From assembly GCA_025362165.1 (NCBI GenBank), contig JANYHY010000745.1, positions 1 through 48,138 on the forward strand: a DNA stretch of 48,138 bases, written 5' to 3'. This DNA is from Myxococcales bacterium. Its GTDB lineage: Bacteria; Myxococcota_A; Polyangia; Polyangiales; Polyangiaceae. Position numbers and translations under genes: made by a program. Shown one piece after another: positions 38,549 through 47,502 of the stretch (positions are counted from its first letter, which is position 1; each line of letters starts with the position of its first letter). The notes under the pieces were generated by a model. The model had not been told where the DNA came from, ran no database searches, and was given only the letters and a program-made list of their open reading frames with translations.

Positions 38549-39796
38549 TCAATGGTCCGCCGCCTCGTCGCAGCGAATCCGTACCAACGCAGAGCTAGAG
38601 ACGCCGAGCCACACGTTGGTGCCGATGGCGGTCTCCAACCTCGCGTCGTCGAGCGCGGGCTCGAAGCTCGGCAGTGACGGCGCGCCGAGCAGCGGCCTCG
38701 CGCGCGCCCTACCAAGCAGGTCCTCGTAGAAGAGCCATGATGGCGAACCCGTTGTTCGTAGCACCGCTGGCGCACCGCTGCCGACGCCACTGTCGACGAC
38801 GACGATCGCCGGCTCGGCGCGATCGCCTCGCAAGGTGACCTTCACGATCCGACCGCCGACGTCGTCGCGCGCGCCGGGATCCGCCTCGTCGTTCGCGTAC
38901 ACTTCGATCGAGTCGTCTTCGGCCAGCCGCAAATCGAAGCGGCCTACATGACCGGTGTCCGCCGTGATGCGTGTGGGTGGAGCCTTTGCGGCGCCATCGT
39001 CCGCGACCACGGCGAAGGAGAGCCACTCGTAGGCGCGGTGCTCACCGGGGCTCTCGATCAGCTCGCCAGGCTGCGTGCGCGGCGCTCCGTCTGCGAGGGT
39101 TTCGATCTTGAGCTCGCTCCAGACGACGACCCAGTCTGCCTTGCGACGAACGACGCGAGGCGCGCTCGCGAACGCATTTGCGGAGAGCTGCTTCGGCGTG
39201 ATCGGCGCACCTTCGATCAACGCGCTCACCTTCACGCCGTGGCTCGTGTCCCACGCGACGAGCCCGCGGTCGGCGGCGAACGCCGCGTCCACCGCGAACG
39301 ACTCGGAAGCGTCTGGCTCCGCTATCGACCAGGCGGGAGCCACGGACGGTCTGATCTTCGTGACGGCGAGAGTGCGCGACGCAGATGCGTCCGAGCGCTC
39401 CCACGACAGGGCGTAGGCGCGATCGCCCGACGTCACCAGCACGGGAGGTGGCGCATCGCCGAACGCGGCGCCGAGCGAGGTCCACTCCACGCGATCGAGC
39501 GCGAGGCTCGTCATACCGATCGCGTTCACACCGCCGCGCAAGCTCGAGAGGAGCACGCGATCACCCGCGACCGCGACGTCGCCGACCACGTCACCGGCCA
39601 CCTCACCCGTGCCAAGCTTGTCGAACATCACGGCGTCTGCAGACGGCGCGCATCGCGATGGGGCGAAGATTGGCGCTGCGGCCTCCATCACGCTCTCTTG
39701 CTCGCTCGAATCGGCGACGCTCATGCTCGGCGCACACGCACGCGAGCAGCCGAAACAAGCGGTGAGCGCTGCAACGGAGAGCCAGCCCGCTCTCAC
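38549..39796 (-). CDS. Hypothetical lipoprotein
   Basis: MRAGWLSVAALTACFGCS is the lipobox. There is a GTGA overlap with the upstream gene. GC3 is coding-like. No motif was recognised. Confidence 0.65.
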   Translation of the reverse strand: MRAGWLSVAALTACFGCSRACAPSMSVADSSEQESVMEAAAPIFAPSRCAPSADAVMFDKLGTGEVAGDVVGDVAVAGDRVLLSSLRGGVNAIGMTSLALDRVEWTSLGAAFGDAPPPVLVTSGDRAYALSWERSDASASRTLAVTKIRPSVAPAWSIAEPDASESFAVDAAFAADRGLVAWDTSHGVKVSALIEGAPITPKQLSANAFASAPRVVRRKADWVVVWSELKIETLADGAPRTQPGELIESPGEHRAYEWLSFAVVADDGAAKAPPTRITADTGHVGRFDLRLAEDDSIEVYANDEADPGARDDVGGRIVKVTLRGDRAEPAIVVVDSGVGSGAPAVLRTTGSPSWLFYEDLLGRARARPLLGAPSLPSFEPALDDARLETAIGTNVWLGVSSSALVRIRCDEAADH

Positions 39797-40653
39797 GCTC
39801 GTGCCTCACTCGCTCGCGCGACGTGCTCGATGTGCGCTGGCGTCGTGCCGCAACAGCCACCAAAGAGGCGCAGCCCGAGCCCGAACATGCGGCGCGCGCA
39901 GAGGCCGAAGTCCTCTGGTGTAGACGGATGGACGAGGCGGTCGCCGACACGCTCAGGCAGACCGGCGCTAGGCATCGCGGACACGGGGAGCCCGAGCCCG
40001 AGCATCGACTCGACGGCGAGCATGACGCTCGTCGGTCCATGCGAGCAGTTGACGCCGATCACGTCGGCGCCGAGATCGCGCATCTGCTTGCCGATGTCTT
40101 CGCCGCTCGTGCCGTCCGCCATCACGCCGCGGGCGTCTACCGAGACGTGGGCGATCACCGCGGTGCCATGGCTCGCGGCTTTCGCGGCGTTGATCGCGAC
40201 GCGGAGCTCCCACGGCTGCACCATGGTCTCGATGACGAGCGCGTCGACGCCGGCCTCGACGAGCGCCTCAGCTTGTTCGCGCAGCGCCGCGCTCGCGCCC
40301 TCGACGTCATCTCGGAGCGACGGCCCGATCCCGCCGCCGACGTAGGCTCGGTCACTTGCCGCCTCTCGCGCGAGCTTCACCGCCGCCGTGTTGATCTCGC
40401 GGACGCGCGCCGAGAGCCCGTGAGCGTCGAGCCTCCCAGCGTTAGCGCCGAACGTGTTCGTGATGACGAGCGTGGCGCCCGCGCGCACGTACTGCTCGTG
40501 CACGGCCGACACGAGCTCCGGCCGGCTGATGGCGAGCTCCTCGAAACATGCACTATACAATATCCCGCGCTCGTGGAGCTGCGTGGCCATCGCTCCGTCG
40601 ATCACGAGCGGCTCGGACCGCAGCGTCGTGAGCAATGGTTGCCGCGGATCCAC
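39793..40653 (-). CDS. Homocysteine S-methyltransferase domain protein
   Basis: Motifs are VIDGAMATQL, VITNTFGAN, GVNCSHGP and the zinc site GGCCGTTPAHI. Confidence 0.85.
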   Translation of the reverse strand: MDPRQPLLTTLRSEPLVIDGAMATQLHERGILYSACFEELAISRPELVSAVHEQYVRAGATLVITNTFGANAGRLDAHGLSARVREINTAAVKLAREAASDRAYVGGGIGPSLRDDVEGASAALREQAEALVEAGVDALVIETMVQPWELRVAINAAKAASHGTAVIAHVSVDARGVMADGTSGEDIGKQMRDLGADVIGVNCSHGPTSVMLAVESMLGLGLPVSAMPSAGLPERVGDRLVHPSTPEDFGLCARRMFGLGLRLFGGCCGTTPAHIEHVARASEARA

Positions 40654-40657
40654 CGCG

Positions 40658-41167
40658 TCAGCCTTGTTTGCCCTCGCGCAGCCAGCCGTTCTGGACCTCC
40701 GCGCCCTGCTTCCAACCGTCTTCCATTTGCCGCTTGAAGGTGTCCTCGATGAGACCGCCGATCACCATCACCTTGCATTCGATGGCGACGTCGATCTCTC
40801 TGCGCACCTTCGCTTCGCCGAGCGAGACCACTTTGAGCAGTCCGTTCACGACGAGCTTTTCGGAGAGGGTGCTCGGGATCATCCTCCAACGCCACACCTT
40901 GGTGGCTTTGTCGAAGCGCCCTTGCTCCTTGTAGTGGAAGTCCGCCGCGAAGACTTTTTGCAGCGGACCCGGCAGCGCGAGCTTGGGCTCTGCGCGGATC
41001 GTTCGCTTGATCTCCTTGTCCGTCTCCAGCTGCTCAATGGTCTCGTACCCGCGAAAGCCAAGGCCCTCGACGAACAAGCGCTTGTTGAGCTCGGGATCGA
41101 AGAAGGTCTTCCAGAACTCCGCTTCGCCGCACTCCATGATCTGTGCAACGACGACCTTTGCGCTCAT
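40658..41167 (-). CDS. Small soluble protein, SRPBCC/DUF2505-like (tentative)
   Basis: The 169-aa ORF is tightly packed between neighbours (gaps of 2 nt and 4 nt). The fold assignment is a by-eye impression only. Confidence 0.6.
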   Translation of the reverse strand: MSAKVVVAQIMECGEAEFWKTFFDPELNKRLFVEGLGFRGYETIEQLETDKEIKRTIRAEPKLALPGPLQKVFAADFHYKEQGRFDKATKVWRWRMIPSTLSEKLVVNGLLKVVSLGEAKVRREIDVAIECKVMVIGGLIEDTFKRQMEDGWKQGAEVQNGWLREGKQG

Positions 41168-41169
41168 GA

Positions 41170-42258
41170 TCAGAACCTGCCGAGTACGCTCATGCCGCCG
41201 ACTGTCGGCGTGATGATGGGCGCGAAGGTGAGCGAGGCGTCATCGCGCTTGACGACCTTCTTGGAGCCAAACGAGGTGAGGAGCAGGTAGGTGCCAACGC
41301 CGGCGACGAGGACGCCGATGCCGCCAAAGAGCCCCATCTGGATGTACTCGCGGTTCGCGCGATCCTTGAACGTGAGACCGGACGAGTCCGTCACGTGACA
41401 CGGTTGAATGTTCACCGCGCTGAGGTTGGTGGTTTGTCCGGCGGTGTTGACGGTGCACGGCACGCTGGCTTGCTTGGCCTCTTCGGTACGGTACTGGCTC
41501 GCGTCGTCCGTGGCGCCGACCAGCTGAACGATGCCGTAAGCGATGCCCGCGACTCCGACTGCGATCATGCCGACGCCTATCCATCGCTTCACGGGGCTGC
41601 CAGGCTCTTCGATGGTCTCAGGGCCGTTGTTGCCACCGCCTCCGCCGTTGAGCTTGTTTTGCTCCGCCTTGATCTCGTCGGGGGTCATGTCTTCGAGCGA
41701 GATGGAGATGTTCATTGGCGAGTTGTCGGAGGCGAGCTTCATGTGGCGCTCCCACTTGTGCTTGCCCTTCGCCGCCGCCTCGATCACGTGATCGCCTGGA
41801 TCCAAAGGCAGATCGGAGTTGAGCGTCTCCTTGGGGATGGGCTGATTGTCGATCTTGAGATCGAGATCGTCCGGCACGAGCGTCATCGTGAGGTGCACCT
41901 TGAGCAGCTGACTCTCGAGCGCCTTCGCGTGGTCGCGCGCGTATTGACGTTTGCCTTCGTCTTGCTCGCGCTTGATGACGACGAGGTATTCGCCCCAAGC
42001 GCTAGCGTTGCGGTTGTCCTTCTCGAGGCAAGCGGCGAGCGCGAGGTGTGTACCGGTCGTCTCTTCGAGCTTGAGGCTCGCGGAGAACTTCTCGCACGCC
42101 TCGTGGAACTTCCCCTGCTTGATCAGATCCCTGGCCTGACTGAACAGCGCCTCTGATTGAGTCGAGGCGATTCCTTGCGCCCGCGCCACGGTGGGTATCT
42201 GCGCGGCGAGAAAGCTCAGGGCCGTAAGTGAAGCGATGGCGGTCGAGCGGATCGTCAT
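41170..42258 (-). CDS. Secreted helical + PEGA-like + C-terminal anchor protein; paralogue of 17056..18057
   Basis: Signal then FSQARDLIKQG, LALAACLEKDN and LDLKIDNQPIP...PLDPGDHVIEAAAKG. There are two hydrophobic segments and the C-terminus is ...VLGRF. Confidence 0.7.
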   Translation of the reverse strand: MTIRSTAIASLTALSFLAAQIPTVARAQGIASTQSEALFSQARDLIKQGKFHEACEKFSASLKLEETTGTHLALAACLEKDNRNASAWGEYLVVIKREQDEGKRQYARDHAKALESQLLKVHLTMTLVPDDLDLKIDNQPIPKETLNSDLPLDPGDHVIEAAAKGKHKWERHMKLASDNSPMNISISLEDMTPDEIKAEQNKLNGGGGGNNGPETIEEPGSPVKRWIGVGMIAVGVAGIAYGIVQLVGATDDASQYRTEEAKQASVPCTVNTAGQTTNLSAVNIQPCHVTDSSGLTFKDRANREYIQMGLFGGIGVLVAGVGTYLLLTSFGSKKVVKRDDASLTFAPIITPTVGGMSVLGRF

Positions 42259-42287
42259 GGGGGGCGAGTCTTACCCTAAAAACAGAC

Positions 42288-43847
42288 TTACTTGCTGCCA
42301 AACGGATCCACGGCCGTGTTCGTGGGTTTGGTCGTGGTGGGTGGCGTGGTCACAGCGGGCTTCGCCGAGGGCGCGGACGCTACCGCTGACGCTGGGGGTT
42401 TAGTTCCAGTGTTGGTCGTCGTGGTGTGACCGGTGTTCACGAGAGGAGTGTTGGTCGCCACAGTGACTGTGTTGGTTGGAGTGGCGGTCTTTGACGTGTC
42501 AACCGTCGGCGTCACCGTGGCCGTATCGGCGGTCTTCACCGTCGTCGCGATCGTGGCGGTCGTCGTGAGCGTGGTGGCCGACGTTGGCGGTGTCGCAGCA
42601 GACTTGTTGCCCACGACCTTCACGACGACGGCCGCGCCGACCCCGAACGCGAGGAGCGCGACGAGCGCGATCCCGACGATCATCGGCGCCTTGCTCTGCG
42701 GAGGCTGCGCTCCGCCTGCCGTGTTTCCCCAGCTCCCGTTCGTGTTCGCTTGCGGCGGAGCGTTGTGCACGCCGCTGCCCGTATTCGGACCGACCGGCGC
42801 GTTGGGATCCACATAAGATGGCGCCGGCGGGCGGTATCCGCCGCTGCTCTGCACGTGCGGGTTGTGGCCCGCTGCAGGCTGCGGCATCACCATCGAGGGT
42901 CGCGGCATGCCGAGCGTGGACGTGATGCGCTCCACGGAGGCGAAGGATCGCGCAGGCGCGCAGGACGCGATCGCTTGAGCGAGCTCCGCGACGTTCTGGA
43001 AGCGCTGCTCTGGCGCGCGGACGAGCGATCGGCTGATCGCTTCACTCAAGATCTGCGGAACGTCTCCACGCCGGTGCATGACGGGCGGCGCGGGCTGTTC
43101 GAGGATCGCGATGAAGAGCTCTCCAAGCGTCTCACCGTTGAAGGGCACGGTGCCGGTGAGCAGCTCGTACATGATGACGCCGATCGCCCAGACATCGGCG
43201 CGCGCGTCCACGTTCTTGGCGCTGCGCAGCTGTTCGGGAGACATATAAAGCGGCGACCCGAGCATGCTCTTGGTCGATGTGAGTGAGTGGTTGCCGCCTT
43301 CGCCGAAGGGGTTCGAAGCCTTCGCGATGCCGAAATCGAGGACCTTGATGGTGGTCCCGCCGTCCGCACGCTGGGCGAGGAAGAGGTTGGCGGGCTTCAG
43401 ATCGCGGTGGACGATGCCGAGAGCGTGCGCCTGCGCGATCGCCTCGAGTGCTTGAAGCGTGTAGTCTACACATTCTTCGACGCCGAGCGGACCATGCTGC
43501 TCGAGGCGCTGCGACAGATCGAGGCCCTCGAGGAACTCGAGCACCATGTAAGGCAGCCCGTTCTCTGCGGTGCCGACATCCATGACGCGACAAACGTGCT
43601 CACTCTGGATTTTGGCGGCGTTGCGCGCCTCGTTCAAGAAGCGCTGCACCGCCTCCTGATTGGTGACGATGTCTCCGAGCAAGAACTTCACCGCGACGCG
43701 CTGGCCTAGGAGCTCGTGTTGGGCGGCGAAGACCGCGCCCATGCCACCCTTACCAATGAGCTTCTCGATGCGATATTTGCCGACGATCAGATCGCCGATC
43801 TTCGGCAGGCTCTGATCCTCATTACTTCCGTGCGGCGACATCGTCAT
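42288..43847 (-). CDS. Ser/Thr protein kinase, membrane-anchored, with a Thr-rich extracytoplasmic tail
   Basis: Kinase motifs are GKGGMGAVFAA, VAVKFL, HRDLKPANLF, DFGIAK and SPEQ. The TM is MIVGIALVALLAFGVGAAVVV. The tail is TATIATTVKTADTATVTPTVDTSKTATPT. The ATG at 43847 has a GGAG SD; the track start 44465 adds 206 non-kinase residues. Confidence 0.85.
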   Translation of the reverse strand: MTMSPHGSNEDQSLPKIGDLIVGKYRIEKLIGKGGMGAVFAAQHELLGQRVAVKFLLGDIVTNQEAVQRFLNEARNAAKIQSEHVCRVMDVGTAENGLPYMVLEFLEGLDLSQRLEQHGPLGVEECVDYTLQALEAIAQAHALGIVHRDLKPANLFLAQRADGGTTIKVLDFGIAKASNPFGEGGNHSLTSTKSMLGSPLYMSPEQLRSAKNVDARADVWAIGVIMYELLTGTVPFNGETLGELFIAILEQPAPPVMHRRGDVPQILSEAISRSLVRAPEQRFQNVAELAQAIASCAPARSFASVERITSTLGMPRPSMVMPQPAAGHNPHVQSSGGYRPPAPSYVDPNAPVGPNTGSGVHNAPPQANTNGSWGNTAGGAQPPQSKAPMIVGIALVALLAFGVGAAVVVKVVGNKSAATPPTSATTLTTTATIATTVKTADTATVTPTVDTSKTATPTNTVTVATNTPLVNTGHTTTTNTGTKPPASAVASAPSAKPAVTTPPTTTKPTNTAVDPFGSK

Positions 43848-44075
43848 CTGAGTTGCTCCAATTGCGGCTGGCGAAGCCAATCCACCTAGTTGTTGTCGTT
43901 CGCCGAGGCGACGACAATTGCGGCAAAGCGGTGAGCCTTCGAACGACTCAGTTGCGTGAGCGTACGTCATCATCGAGGGTCCGCAAAGTGATGGGTGCAT
44001 GATGGCAGCGTGATCTCGCGGGTGGGCGGAGGTGCGCTTGCGTCGAGGCAAGGGCATCTCTAGCGTGGGGCCGCG

Positions 44076-45587
44076 ATGTTCGAGGGCTTGAATCTGCTCG
44101 TGAGCGAGAACGCCGCGGACCGCATCGCGTACGCCCGAGATTTGTGGCCGCGCCATCACTTGGCAGTGCGACAGGGGCGCAAGCTGGGCGAGCCTCGCGC
44201 GGTCGTGTGGCCGCGAAGCACAGAGGAGGTCGCGCAGCTCATGCGATGGGCTGGAGAGCGCGGCGTGCCGCTCGTGCCGTTCGGCGCGGGCAGCGGCGTG
44301 TGCGCGGCAGTGTCTCCAACGTCGGACGCGATCGTCGTCGACATGAAGCGCATGGCGCGATGGCGCAGACTCGACACCGCTGCGCCGTCGCTCGACGTCG
44401 AGTCGGGTCACATGGGCGTGCCGCTCGAAGAGAGGCTCAATCGAGAGGGCCTCACGCTCGGACATTTTCCTTCGTCGATCCTATGCAGCACCGTTGGAGG
44501 TTGGGTCGCGGCGCGCAGCGCTGGGCAGGCCTCCGCGTATTACGGAAAGATCGAGGACATGGTCACCGCGCTCGAGTGCGTGACTGGCAAAGGGGACGTC
44601 GTCACTCTCCATCACAGAACGACTGGGCCCTCGCTGGTGCCGCTGATCGTCGGCAGCGAAGGGACGCTCGCGATCGTGACGAGCGCGACGCTGCGGCTTC
44701 ATCCCCTGCCCTCCACGCGTGCGTTCGCCGCTTGGTCATTCCCGACCACCGAGGTGGGGTGGGAGGCGATGCGCGAGATGTTCCAGAGCGGACTCCGCCC
44801 AGCGATCGCGCGCCTGTACGATCCGTTCGACGCGATGCTGGCCAAGCAGGGCTCCGTCAAGAAGAGAGGAGTCATCCCGCACGCGCCGGGTCGAGGGTCC
44901 ACCGTGCTGCGTACGCTCTTGCGTAAGCCGCGCGCGCTCAACGCGCTGCTCGAGTCTCGGCCGTTCGCGGCGATGGTGGGCGGCGCGATGCTCGTCGTGA
45001 TCTTCGAGGGTCCTTCGTCCGCGACGGACGCGAGCGCAGCATCCGAGATCGCGCTTGCCATGCGCGGTCGCGACGAGGGCGAAGGCCCGGCGCGGCGATG
45101 GCTCGAGCATCGTTACTCCGTGAGCTACCGGCAATCTCCAGCGGTCGCGTCTGGTCTGTTCGTCGACACGATGGAGGTCGCCGCGCCGTGGTCGCGGCTC
45201 GGCGCGCTCTACGAGAACGTCCTCCGCGCGGTCGGGCCGCACGTGTTCATCATGGCGCATTTCAGCCACGGTTACGCTGACGGCTGCTGCATCTACTTCT
45301 CGTTCGCAGGCAGCGCGAACGATGGAGGTCCTTGGGACGAAGCGTGCGAGCGAACGTACGATCGCACGTGGAAGAGCGCGCTCGACGCGGTCGTCGCTGC
45401 GGGCGGCACGATCGCTCACCACCACGGCGTCGGTCGATCCAAGGCGCCTCGCATGGACAAGGAGCTCGGCTCCGACGGCGTGCGTGCGGTTCACGCGCTC
45501 AAGCGCGCGTTCGATCCGAAGGGCATCTTGAACCCAGGAGTGCTCGTGCCTCCCGTGTCCCCGTTCCCCTATCCGGAGCGGTGGTGA
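44076..45587 (+). CDS. FAD-linked oxidase (GlcD / alkylglycerone-phosphate-synthase-like; FAD_binding_4 + FAD-oxidase_C)
   Basis: Motifs are PRAVVWPRSTEEVAQLMRWAGERGVPLVPFGAGSGV and GSEGTLAIVTSATLRL. The C-terminal motif is IAHHHGVGRSK. Confidence 0.85.
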   Translation: MFEGLNLLVSENAADRIAYARDLWPRHHLAVRQGRKLGEPRAVVWPRSTEEVAQLMRWAGERGVPLVPFGAGSGVCAAVSPTSDAIVVDMKRMARWRRLDTAAPSLDVESGHMGVPLEERLNREGLTLGHFPSSILCSTVGGWVAARSAGQASAYYGKIEDMVTALECVTGKGDVVTLHHRTTGPSLVPLIVGSEGTLAIVTSATLRLHPLPSTRAFAAWSFPTTEVGWEAMREMFQSGLRPAIARLYDPFDAMLAKQGSVKKRGVIPHAPGRGSTVLRTLLRKPRALNALLESRPFAAMVGGAMLVVIFEGPSSATDASAASEIALAMRGRDEGEGPARRWLEHRYSVSYRQSPAVASGLFVDTMEVAAPWSRLGALYENVLRAVGPHVFIMAHFSHGYADGCCIYFSFAGSANDGGPWDEACERTYDRTWKSALDAVVAAGGTIAHHHGVGRSKAPRMDKELGSDGVRAVHALKRAFDPKGILNPGVLVPPVSPFPYPERW

Positions 45588-46048
45588 AGCTCGATCGCGT
45601 GAGCATGCTCGTGGAGGTCACCGCGAGCGCATTCGTCGCCGACGTGGAGCGAGAGCTCATCGCGCAGCGACTCACACTCGGGCTCGTCTCGACACCCAAC
45701 ACAACCGTCGCCGATTGGATCGCGTCAGGCGCTCCTGGCGCGCGAAGCCCTTGGTGCGATCCGGCCGATCACCTCGTCGCTGGGTACGTCGCGACGTTCG
45801 CCGATGGACGGCGCGTCGAGATCCGGCCCGCTCCGCGGCGCGCGACGGGGCCCGATCTGTTCGCGCTCGTCTTCGGTCAGCGACAGCGGTGGGCTCGGCT
45901 CGAGAGCGCGTGGTTGCGCGTGCATCACAGGGACGCGCGCGTGCCTCGCACAGCGCCGTTCGAGACCGAAGAGCGGCCTTGGACCGACGGCGAAGAGCTG
46001 CTGGCGAAGGCCATCGACGCGGAGCTGTCAGCCGGGCGGCCAAGATAG
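45584..46048 (+). CDS. Short FAD-binding-subdomain protein (GlcE-like fragment)
   Basis: A GTGA overlap links it to the upstream stop. The sequence reads TVADWIASGAPGARSPW...DHLVAGYVATFADGRRVEI...GPDLFALVFG, which resembles the second half of a PCMH-type FAD-binding domain. Confidence 0.6.
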   Translation: MKLDRVSMLVEVTASAFVADVERELIAQRLTLGLVSTPNTTVADWIASGAPGARSPWCDPADHLVAGYVATFADGRRVEIRPAPRRATGPDLFALVFGQRQRWARLESAWLRVHHRDARVPRTAPFETEERPWTDGEELLAKAIDAELSAGRPR

Positions 46049-46366
46049 CGCGCGACCGCCGAGCACGTGCAAGTGCACGTGGAACACGCTCTGGCCTGCG
46101 TCGGGCCCGTCGTTGATCACGAGTCGAAATCCGCTCGTGAGGTTCTCCTGCTTGGCGACTCTGCGCGCCGCGCTCACCAGCTGACCGAGCATCAGCGCGT
46201 CTTCGTCCGTCGTGTCGGAGATCGCGACCACATGCTTTTTAGGGATGACCAGCGCGTGCGTGGGCGCGACCGGACGAACGTCGCGAAACGCGAGCGTGTG
46301 CTCGTCCTCCAAAATGATCTGCGAGGGGATCTCGCGCGCGATGATCTTGCAGAAGAGGCAGCCCAT
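46028..46366 (-). CDS. HIT-family (histidine triad) nucleotide hydrolase
   Basis: CLFCKII is the N-terminal motif. The histidine triad is HVHLHVLGG. Confidence 0.9.
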   Translation of the reverse strand: MGCLFCKIIAREIPSQIILEDEHTLAFRDVRPVAPTHALVIPKKHVVAISDTTDEDALMLGQLVSAARRVAKQENLTSGFRLVINDGPDAGQSVFHVHLHVLGGRALSWPPG

Positions 46367-46378
46367 GAGGCCAGCATA

Positions 46379-47425
46379 CTACGCGCGCACGTAACGCGAG
46401 CTCGGTCGAATCAATCGGCCAGTGCGTTGTTGCTCGTTGAAATGCGCGCACCAACCCGCGACGCGGCCGACCGCGAAGATCGGCGTGAACGTGTCGCGCG
46501 GGACACCGATCGCCTCGAGCAGAATCGCCGTATAGAACTCGACGTTCGCGCGCAGCGGACGGTCCGGGTGTCGCCGCTCGAGCTCTCGTTGGGCTACTTG
46601 CTCGACCTCTCGCGCGAGCTCCAACCTCGCGCCGCACGGTCCCTCACGAAGCGCGCGCACCTGCGCTTCCAGGACTGCCGCGCGCGGATCGCGGACTCGA
46701 TAGACGCGATGGCCCATCCCCATGATCCGCCGCTTGGCGTCGAGCTGCTCGGTGATCCACGCCGTCGCGCCTCCAGCGCCGCGCGCCTCGATCGCGTCGA
46801 GCATGTCGAGCACAGGTCCCGGTGCGCCGCCGTGGAGGGGCCCCTTCAGCGCGCCGATCGCTCCGACGACAGCAGACACCATGTCCGAGCCGGTCGACGC
46901 GATCACTCGCGCGGCGAAGGTGGATGCGTTCATCCCGTGATCGCTCACCGTGACGAGATAGGCGTCGAGAGCGCTCGCTCCCGTCGTGGCAGCACCGAGC
47001 ATGGCGAGCGTGTCCTCGGCGTGACCTCGCGAAGGGTGGGGCGCGATCGGCGCGAGCCCAGCGCGAACGCGACTCGCGGCGGCTGCGAAGACGGAGGTCG
47101 CGCCCGCGATCGCCTCCGGACGTGAGTCGCTCGTACGTGCGATCGCGGCGCGCAACGAGTCCATGCCGTTCGGGAGCGCGAGCACGCCCTTCAGCTCCGA
47201 CACGAGCTCCCACGCCGCGAGGCGACCCTCCCCAAGCGTGCGTCGAACGACGCGCTCGCGGCCTGGGTCGTCGTGCACCAACATGGCGAACGCTCGCTCG
47301 AACGTCGCCTCCTTCGCGAGCGCCTCAACGTCCTGGCCAGCAATCACGAGCCGCCCCGCTGCTCCGTCCACGTCGGACAGTCGAGTCTCCGCCACCACCA
47401 CACCTTCGAGCCCATCGTTGACCAT
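46379..47425 (-). CDS. Citrate synthase family protein (short, archaeal/type-I-like or citryl-CoA-lyase-like)
   Basis: Motifs are HGMNASTFAARV, GALKGPLHGGA and GMGHRVYRVRDPRA. The ATG at 47425 gives MVNDGLEGVV. Confidence 0.85.
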   Translation of the reverse strand: MVNDGLEGVVVAETRLSDVDGAAGRLVIAGQDVEALAKEATFERAFAMLVHDDPGRERVVRRTLGEGRLAAWELVSELKGVLALPNGMDSLRAAIARTSDSRPEAIAGATSVFAAAASRVRAGLAPIAPHPSRGHAEDTLAMLGAATTGASALDAYLVTVSDHGMNASTFAARVIASTGSDMVSAVVGAIGALKGPLHGGAPGPVLDMLDAIEARGAGGATAWITEQLDAKRRIMGMGHRVYRVRDPRAAVLEAQVRALREGPCGARLELAREVEQVAQRELERRHPDRPLRANVEFYTAILLEAIGVPRDTFTPIFAVGRVAGWCAHFNEQQRTGRLIRPSSRYVRA

Positions 47426-47469
47426 GACAACCTCCAGACAACGGGTAATCTGGGGCCAACACGACATTG

Positions 47470-47481
47470 ATCAACGTTGAT
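47470..47481. promoter_or_regulatory. 12-bp perfect palindrome ATCAACGTTGAT, embedded in TTGATCAA-CG-TTGATTCAA; candidate operator
   Basis: Read directly. It is AT-rich in a GC-rich genome. It sits in the 77-bp divergent gap between the two citrate-synthase-family genes, one of which has an HTH. Confidence 0.4.
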
Positions 47482-47502
47482 TCAACAATCCATGATCTCG
47501 AA

